Source: an uncultured Clostridium sp.
Lineage (GTDB): Bacteria; Bacillota; Clostridia; TANB77; CAG-508
Direction of reading: 5' to 3'
DNA: 64,000 nt
Assembly (NCBI GenBank): GCA_900555615.1
Contig: USMB01000002.1
Location: forward strand, 33,230 to 97,229
Shown: positions 61,301 to 64,000 of the stretch, one piece after another
Numbering within the stretch: the stretch's first letter is position 1
How the letters are laid out: each line of letters starts with the position of its first letter
Program-made: the position numbers and the translations under genes
Notes under the pieces: model-generated
The model's input: the letters and a program-made list of their open reading frames with translations, nothing else
Database searches by the model: none
Told to the model about the DNA's origin: nothing

Positions 61301-64000
61301 TATGCAACAAGTAGTATTACAAGAGATAGAGATGGCGAAACAGGAACAGTAACAATAAAAATACTAGGAAAAGATACATATTACTTAAAAGATACATTAA
61401 CAACAAATGACATTAGCGTATATGTAGCAAATAGCGAAAATCCAGAAGAACCAATAACAACAATAACTAAGACATTAACAAAAATTACAGACACAGCTCA
61501 ACTTGAAGGAGCAGATACAGGATATACATTAACATTAGGAAACTTTGGAAAATATGATGGAAAAGTAAAAATTAAAATTGATGCAGATACAATCAAAGAT
61601 ACATCAGGAAATGGAAACAAAGAAACAGAAATTTCAGTAGGAAATAGCAAATGGGTAGAAACTGATGTTGGTGATAGTTCTACAAATCCTAAATATACAG
61701 CATTTAGAAACAGTATTGTAGACTTTATAAAACCAATAATCATATATCAATATGAAGATGGAGTAAACCCAGTAATAGACCGTGATAACAAGAAAGTATC
61801 AATATCATTTAATGTAACAGATACAAATTTCTTAGAAAGTAATATCACAGCATCAGATATTAGAGTTCTTGTAGATGATATGGAAGTTACAGATTCTATA
61901 ACAAAAAAACTAGAAAAATCAGATATAAAAGATACTACAGATACAAATAAGAAGAATGGAGTTAAATATACATTAACATTATCAAACTTCGAATTAGACC
62001 AAAACTTAGAAGATGAAATCTTCAGAAGACATAGTGGAAAAATCGAATTAATAATTGCTAAAGATAAAGTAAGAGATACATCTGGAAACGGAAATATCGA
62101 AACAAGCATAATAGTTGATAATGAAAATGGTGATGATGAAAATAACTTTATAAATGTAGACTTTGTAAAACCAAAGATATTCTATGACAGTAAATTCATT
62201 AGTTGGGATAATAGGTATGCAGAGGTAACAATAAAGGGAACAGATAGATTCTATGACTTTAATACAAAATTGGAACCAGAAGATATTAAATTATATCAAC
62301 AAAATGATAATGGAGATTACATAGAGGTTACTAATTTACCTGTAACTATAAAATCTGTAAAAAATAAATATGGATATGACTTTGTTATCAGATTAGGAGA
62401 ATTTGAAGAAGAATACAAGATGAAGATTGTAATAGCAGCTGGCAAAATTTCAGATTCATCTGGAAATGTAAACGAAGAAACAGAAATTATAGTTGGATTA
62501 GATAATAAGAAACCAATATGGAAATATATCAGTACAGATACTTCAAAATTTGAGACAGATGGTAAAATAAGCTTTACAGTTAAAGGTCAAGATAAATTCT
62601 TGAATTTAACAAAGAGCGGATTACAAGATTCTAATATGAAAATTTATAAAGATGGAGTAGAATTAACAGACAGTGTTGGAATTACAGTAAATTACTTAGG
62701 ACAAGATACGACTGAAAAATCAAAATCTTATAAAATTGATATAACAGGATTAAAAGAAATTGGCTCTTATTCATTAGTATTTGAAGAAAAAACATTAATT
62801 GATGAGTTTGATAATGAAAGTAATGCAACAACAATAAGCTTCTCTAAATCAGCAATTTCATCAAATACAAATAATTACACAGCAGTAACATACCATGCAA
62901 GCCATGACTTTGAATTAATGCATCAAGCATATGTACATGAATTGATGAGTGTAAATAAAACTGGAAAGAACTCAGAAAGCAAGACATATAGAGCAAGTTC
63001 AGTTGGAGAAATTTATAAAAATGTTGGAAACACAACATTTGCAGAACCATTTACATATACAAATGGAACACAATCAGCTTATAGCTTTAAAGGATGGGGT
63101 GTAGCAAATGAAAATGGACATTTAGTAGATGACCAAGGAACAATTTTAACAGATGAATCAAAAGCAACAATATATGGATTATATGATGAAATTCCAGAGA
63201 CAGTTACAAATTTGAAAGCAATATGGCAAAAAGCGACAGTAATCTTTGTGTCAAAGAATGGAAATAACGCAAACAACGGATTTTCACCAGAGACACCAGT
63301 TAAAGATATAAAGACAGCATATAGCAAATTAAGTGCTTCTGGAACAATGAAAACAAATGTAATTGTTATTATGGATGCAATTGAATGGAATAGCAGTGAT
63401 GTTTTAACAGGAAATGCAACAATAACAAGTTTATATGCAGGAGTTGATTATACAAACAAAGGTGCAGAGTTAAAGATTAGTTCTAATATGCAAATAAATG
63501 GTAATGTAATGTATGATGATATTAAGTTATATTCAAATTCTACAACAGTAAGTGATGGTAGTGATTATTTAGCAAATGGTTCATATAACAACATGTTAAT
63601 TACAAACTATGGAAATGTAGTTTTAGGAAGAGGAATAATAACACCAAATGGAAAATATACATTTGGAGCAGTAATTGGAGGAGAATATAGGCAAGAGACA
63701 AAGACAGGTTCAATTGGAATTCATACAGTAATAGTAGAAGCTGGTAAATACAATGATATAGTAATTGGAAGTGCTTTGGGCTCAGGCGGACAATCAATAA
63801 AACCTAAATATGTTTCTCATCAAATAACTATAGGAACTATGAAAGAAGCGGCAATATCAAGAAATAGTCGTGTAACAATAACAGGTTACTTGAGCATGGG
63901 AGAACTAGAAGATAGATGTTATCCATATAAGACTTCTGGAAATCAAGAAACAAGTTCTTCATATAGTAGAACATATTCAATAACAAGATTATATAGTGCA
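46355..64000 (+). CDS. Second giant modular surface protein, paralog of 21353-45919 (at least 5,882 aa, 3' end beyond the window)
   Basis: ATG at 46355 after GGAGGA. Frame (position mod 3 = 2) was checked by hand at 49.6 kb, 58.0 kb and 63.96 kb, with stops in the other frames. No + strand ORF with a stop is listed anywhere in 46-64 kb. N-terminus MLKKRKNVRKIIVLLMSIISI matches the MLKNKIIVKKIRNILILFMAI of gene 1. Same domain types. Confidence 0.8.
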   Translation, partial: MLKKRKNVRKIIVLLMSIISIISLGINLNKVTKEKYNPALNLYNASETINIDKGEIDPIYRPKWEKVSSSFSAANKTLTVIVKGSAYENKTIDANTQIKYASDVISTLSASNVKVFIDGVEVTSTTNPTVKITDTKTSTNTTSGKKEVTHTIQLSNLEEAVRQAGKNYKEWSGNIALKITGRGQDESTYSSNVLTDADGNHSMMEIQEDGAWVNIELKDTKTDHNTDNVMFADYIKPEFTYVYAAKDIDHTNKTLTIDFSITDKYFDSTKLITDTNGTLTANQSVVNQITVAMKDDATTAVNTKVTKKITNIQYITEKRDNENVRIGAKFTLVIGNLQQETSSGNYRDYSGPMSITFPKEIASDKSGNQNDAKTITIGIGEPSNSGSQQIVDVVDPVWRVENLQKTVNSTTGKLTATMDIYGTDKYFKQSTLTAEQIQVWVDGVNITASGSTAKISRTLTKVEDLTEQRDGKTVTYGIHYKYTITDLEETDALFNAERAKYAANTSTGRVYREYSGDMSIVIPANTMVDNYTNTNKALTYSLGHIDSIKPEIIKISSTRDATNKKETFVFDVVDKYIASSALGTTVTEANNNKSKVHVFVDGEAADSVTKNYTRVTPLSAKINGTSKVVGYRYTLELTGFEKARTAINFNREYSDWSGNVTLEIDAGVAKDTANNFSVKTVFTGDFVDFIKPNATYQYATADIDHTDKTFTMVFDVTDKFYSSGTLAIGDLTIKIDGKDVDWNKVSKSLTVADRQNTVKITENGVVKSVTKTIGKRYTLKLSNLEQIQTRDTSGNYISYSGVVTVAIPGSKFSDTGVDGQNTSPNRNDGTTITSGINIPGGSGTGQVVDVVDPLVERLNSSANAVNKTATVKFNITDKYYDATKAALTQNDMKVLVNGTEVTGKITGFSTKALTESKTTNGTTSQVQYGVEYTVTISNFDTSANQVLLRIPQGKVIDQYGNSNKQTDLILYNVLKSAASEADTTSVFLGGKIQRQNIENITFEKIISSAVYNHTTKEITDTTRAWDVSAQGDQSIVAWYVDSEKNANGMYKIHIANNNVTTIAADSKTTDVSNSIIYANQNSTQLFSYIGYATGCTATTTITNLSLLNTTSVTNMYRMFRGTGYTAMTKLDLGAFDTSNVTNMSAMFETTGYTAMQTLNLGTSFKTNKVTNMAYMFNACGETALKSLDLGTNFNSSEVTNMYRMFRRCGYSAMTSINLRNMNTSKVTNMSGMFYETGRTKLTTLDLGTNFNTSKVTNMSGMFNWMGALTTLNLRDKFDTSNVTDMKSMFWGTGYSNMTSFSLGDKFNTGKVTDMSGMFYDFAHNISKLDLGDNFYTTSATNMTNMFYQAGQTAMTVLDLGPAFTRIADTRTNMFYNTGKSGNVVYASEQIYLDKNNFKLNTSVTTSAINYTRGTINPRYRTEWIKQSSQITIDSANPKNSKITITLRGRTNAEAGKEFTSNVTSSLTQSQINDQIKVFIDGKEATTITKTIGNATADTNATTGASDVVQVLTITNFQEAARQSGKSYKEWSGNISLKIAKKTLTDTKYSNQNLSAIDTTGTMTDIVLAGTGTEKQNDTTSTSTMFTDFVKPEFNYLSSETTINHDTKTVTILFSVRDKYFSNSGLTADTTASKISVTVADEEINSKITKKLEVVEEEKDTVNGKNKKVGEKYRLTITGLDHKDGTHYSGIMQLGFAKDLVADFSGNKNDSQTITIGVDTPNGTGSGTIVDVVSPVWSIASTNAITGVIKLRVTDKYLVKADSIFALTKDSIKVIVNGVESTTIEKSLSGPTEITANQVYEYTLTLSNIEPSDGGYTEFTPIDPIVGGTAKYRNENGGDVKLRIVAGTVTDKYGNKTLQQDLVVGSLDNTKPEVYYVQTTRDNTNHKATIVFNVTDKNYYSSKIIGTDEMSIWMDGTQIDSNITKTITKKVEIKTTIDNKTKVVGHQYTLEINKLRETDQTFINSARSYREYSGTLQVKINPTAARDIKGNTINQNTATLSSFVDTLKPEVVYKYSSSDINKENKTFSMTFDIVDKYYNSASSSAISISDLAIRIDGKEPDWSKVTRTLTPTGGDDITATNISYTDNGTIKTGNKVVGKRYTLTLSNLEQLQTKDISGNYIEYSGVVSVVIPQNKVADIGTTGDKTNLNKNITTTITSGISLPGGSGNDQVVDVVDPLVEKITSSASAVNKTASVNFKITDKYFAKSTLTQNNIKVLVNGTEVTGKITGFTSKELKEDRTSGSTTTQFQYGVEYTVNVGGFDSNVNQVIVRIPQGVVTDTSANGNKQTDLVLYNVLKKTDTESAITSVFLGGKIQRQNIYNITFEKVIPNSVYNHATKKISDTTRAWDVSAQGDQSIVAWYVDSEIKNSTYKIHIATNSQVPGQTTVGNNEIFANVNSSRLFQNIGYSTNCTATEVITNLNLLDTASVTDMRWMFQYTGYNAMKKLDLSSLDTRNVTLMSAMFYGTGYKAMDTLTFGTNFNTSKVTTMEYMFYETGYTAMQTLNLGSNFNTSKVTNMQYMFRDCGHDALTALDLGSNFDTSKVTNMDSMFYRVGFAKLETLNLGNNFNTIKVTSMGGMFAGVGQTSPLKTLDLGKNFDTRNVTNMSYMFHCTGTSGMTSLDLGDKFYTTSATNMQNMFYQLGTNAMTLLDLGPAFTRIADSYTDMFTNAGKSGEMKIYASEQIYLDKNNFKLNTSATESAISYTRGTINPKYRTEWVKESSSISTANKNITITLRGRTNSEAGVDFTSNVTSLLTQNQINDQIKVFVDGKEATSITKTIATATTDKNAVTGANDVIQVLTLSNFEETARQSGKSYKEWSGNISLKIAKKTLTDETYSNQNLSAIDTTGTMTDIVLAGTGTENKNNTTSTSTMFTDYIKPEFTYSFSTGNINYIDKTLTVDFTVTDKYFESTILKTDTTAQNITLKLKDDETAPVNSNVTKELKYVSDVMDTVNGKSVKVGEKYKLVVKGLEQKTLNGDYKNYSGPMSISFPAGTIKDTSGNLSDAKTITIGVNEPDNTGTDKIVDVVDPMWRTDNINIDYTNKQVTVDLIGTDKYYASNSLTTDKIKVLVDGEEATSIKKTLSTASTIQYGVKYTLTLSNWEESTKQSGKQFFEWSGTTKIEIAADTLKDESNNTSNKQQFTLGHVDFIKPKIERVSSTKNASNKTETIVFNVIDKYLDVTDLVTESDISVYVDNELASQISKKLTKVSDISGTVNGVSKVVGHQYQLVLSNFEQKRTAINYNREYSDWSGNVKIKIAKDAVKDTNTPTPNKNDETEIAGEFIDFIKPNATYQYSSSNIDYNGKTFTMVFDITDKHYSSATLALSDLTIRIDGEEPNWDDTGVHGVIKQLTIIDRTNTVNGQTQTIGKRYTLKLSHLEQLEKLAGKETMDYSGVITVAIPKDKVADTSENKNDALTITSGIEVKGETGKGEIGLPANNTVMAIGTNPGGSSASSSFANMNVYALEISNETGIIGKYDATNNTGNGHSNSTTTWKDLNGSNNGTINGAIWGNNYLKFDGVNDWVNLGQMSFTNYASLDITMSIDKVQSGEVDLVSNFEDGGIGIYLMNGVPRFSIYSKNLNKYIEISADTALTVGEKTNIKGIYDGNNLYLYINGNPVTGTVVDVVDPIWERVSSSASAANQTATITVRGTDKYFASSALTADKIKILINGKEVSTNVSVNVGTATPVYSADGTTRIGDQYTITLSGSGLPKDTNQIKVQIQECALTDTSGNKNKATDLIVFNALAKTDTETSATSGFLGSASSANTKVKTIQRQNIDNVTFVDNIPSTVYDKSAQAYVDDKAWDVSAMQDKSILAWYTTNANGSLKVYIGSDNEIFGNYNSSYLFKYIGYSDKCTSAETITNINLLNVSSVTNMRGMFWMTGWRSMKKLELGANFDTSNVTSMLCMFGETGKQAMTTLDLGSKFYTSKVTDMSYMFSQAGWVAMTSLNLGGNFNTVSVTNMNNMFSNTGHEVLTTLNLGGNFNTSNVTDMAHMFEATGYKAMTGLDLGEKFNTSSVTNMNSMFEETGYTAMTSLDLGGNFNTVKVTNMNAMFYRTGRTAMTTLNLGSNFDTTNVTDMRSMFNETGFTAMTKLDLGDKFNTSKVTNMYRMFFNTGATQMTLLDLGPAFTKIADGNITIDSNTLKAYSEMFTYTGKNNAITIYASEQIYLDKNNFKLNTDATSSAINYTRGTINPRYRTEWINENSKITIDTANPKNSKITITLRGRTNAEAGVDFTSNVTSSLTQAKLNDQIQIFIDGEQVDGLTKTIGDATVVKNAVTGANDVTQVLTLSNFEESARQSGKNFKEWSGNIILKIDKKTLKDDKYGNQNLKAIDTTGTMQDIVIQGTGTETSNNTTSTTTMFTDYIKPEFTYEYANTQIDYDKKTVTVVFDVTDKYFKQSTVSLDNTTIKVDGKDVDWTKVNKTLAKKKTNADQKVGEIVYKTDGTIWYPVNGKLQQIGERYELIVSGLETKNGEGYSGTMTLAFPSGIVTDQSNNSNSAKTITLGIDDPENHGDHKDPIVVDVVNPLWSYGTSSINRVRNGATADTVDLTIIGSDKYYKANTLTEDKIKVYVDDKLQVSITKKLTQITDTATLKKLATKQGLADINNLKFTGYKLTLGNFGTINGVTKIVIDAGTIQDESGNKNIETTINVGNIEWIENGDSSTNQKYPAFRNSIVDFIKPVIKYKYSAVEGARNPDIDYEARTLTVKFTVTDKYLRESTIIKADGTLNTDAVKIKVAGTDLTTQLHTVITSADITDGKEYTLVISNFELVYNTGKGYEDYSGEVQLVFEANKIDDTSGNKNDATTITIDTDDGDDPDHSIIVDVIDPLIEKTKDSLSVRNAQNNIVRDLNTETGVVSVEIRATDKYLKSGTLENVAEQIKVMMIKPGTTEKVEVPTIKKTVTKLRQQATLIDYKITLSNFERNEGITSIVIPKGVIKDTSENGNKETELLVGNATWVEVGDSKGEYTAFRDSIIDVTRPTWNYATSSITRDRDGETGTVTIKILGKDTYYLKDTLTTNDISVYVANSENPEEPITTITKTLTKITDTAQLEGADTGYTLTLGNFGKYDGKVKIKIDADTIKDTSGNGNKETEISVGNSKWVETDVGDSSTNPKYTAFRNSIVDFIKPIIIYQYEDGVNPVIDRDNKKVSISFNVTDTNFLESNITASDIRVLVDDMEVTDSITKKLEKSDIKDTTDTNKKNGVKYTLTLSNFELDQNLEDEIFRRHSGKIELIIAKDKVRDTSGNGNIETSIIVDNENGDDENNFINVDFVKPKIFYDSKFISWDNRYAEVTIKGTDRFYDFNTKLEPEDIKLYQQNDNGDYIEVTNLPVTIKSVKNKYGYDFVIRLGEFEEEYKMKIVIAAGKISDSSGNVNEETEIIVGLDNKKPIWKYISTDTSKFETDGKISFTVKGQDKFLNLTKSGLQDSNMKIYKDGVELTDSVGITVNYLGQDTTEKSKSYKIDITGLKEIGSYSLVFEEKTLIDEFDNESNATTISFSKSAISSNTNNYTAVTYHASHDFELMHQAYVHELMSVNKTGKNSESKTYRASSVGEIYKNVGNTTFAEPFTYTNGTQSAYSFKGWGVANENGHLVDDQGTILTDESKATIYGLYDEIPETVTNLKAIWQKATVIFVSKNGNNANNGFSPETPVKDIKTAYSKLSASGTMKTNVIVIMDAIEWNSSDVLTGNATITSLYAGVDYTNKGAELKISSNMQINGNVMYDDIKLYSNSTTVSDGSDYLANGSYNNMLITNYGNVVLGRGIITPNGKYTFGAVIGGEYRQETKTGSIGIHTVIVEAGKYNDIVIGSALGSGGQSIKPKYVSHQITIGTMKEAAISRNSRVTITGYLSMGELEDRCYPYKTSGNQETSSSYSRTYSITRLYSA
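49670..50500 (+). repeat. DUF285/BspA-like repeat block 1 (giant gene 2)
   Basis: ~26-aa ...VTNM..MF..TGY.AMT.L.LG.NFNTS.. units. Confidence 0.55.
53620..54370 (+). repeat. DUF285/BspA-like repeat block 2 (giant gene 2)
   Basis: As above. Confidence 0.55.
56640..57200 (+). other. LamG-like (concanavalin-A-like lectin/jellyroll) domain inserted in giant protein 2
   Basis: GNNYLKFDGVNDWVNLGQMSFTNY.SLDITMS..KVQSGEVDLVSNFEDGGIGIYLMNGVPRFSIY...LYLYINGNPV is a typical Laminin_G_3-like pattern. It is absent from every other module in either gene. Confidence 0.45.
57950..58820 (+). repeat. DUF285/BspA-like repeat block 3 (giant gene 2)
   Basis: As above. Confidence 0.55.

Overview
Low-GC (~30%) Firmicutes/Clostridia-type chromosomal segment from an endospore former, as shown by spoVG, a spoVID/sipL-like gene, yunB and yaaL-bofA. 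The first ~21 kb is mostly housekeeping and sporulation genes: a flavin-reductase-like protein, rlmD, serS, a CaCA antiporter, yaaL-bofA, a U32 peptidase, a cohesin/dockerin two-gene operon, tRNA-Thr(CGU), murC, spoVG, the spoVID-like gene, yunB, a TasA/camelysin-like secreted protein and an AT-hook protein. The remaining ~43 kb is taken up by two tandem, paralogous giant surface-protein genes. The first is 24,567 nt (8,188 aa). The second is at least 17.6 kb and runs off the 3' end of the window. Both are built from tandem Ig-like ~100-aa repeats, 'TDKYF'-type beta-sandwich domains and blocks of DUF285/BspA-like ~26-aa LRR-type repeats. Each has its own conserved terminator-promoter cassette, and the two cassettes lie ~25.0 kb apart. 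The first 18 kb of the window also carries six copies of a palindromic intergenic repeat family. Each copy keeps its own two arms complementary despite differences between copies. Several copies sit at gene ends as likely bidirectional terminators, and one supplies the -35 box of the tRNA promoter. No CRISPR array, defence system, transposase or integrase is evident. All calls below come from reading the sequence and the supplied ORF translations, and none has been checked against a database.
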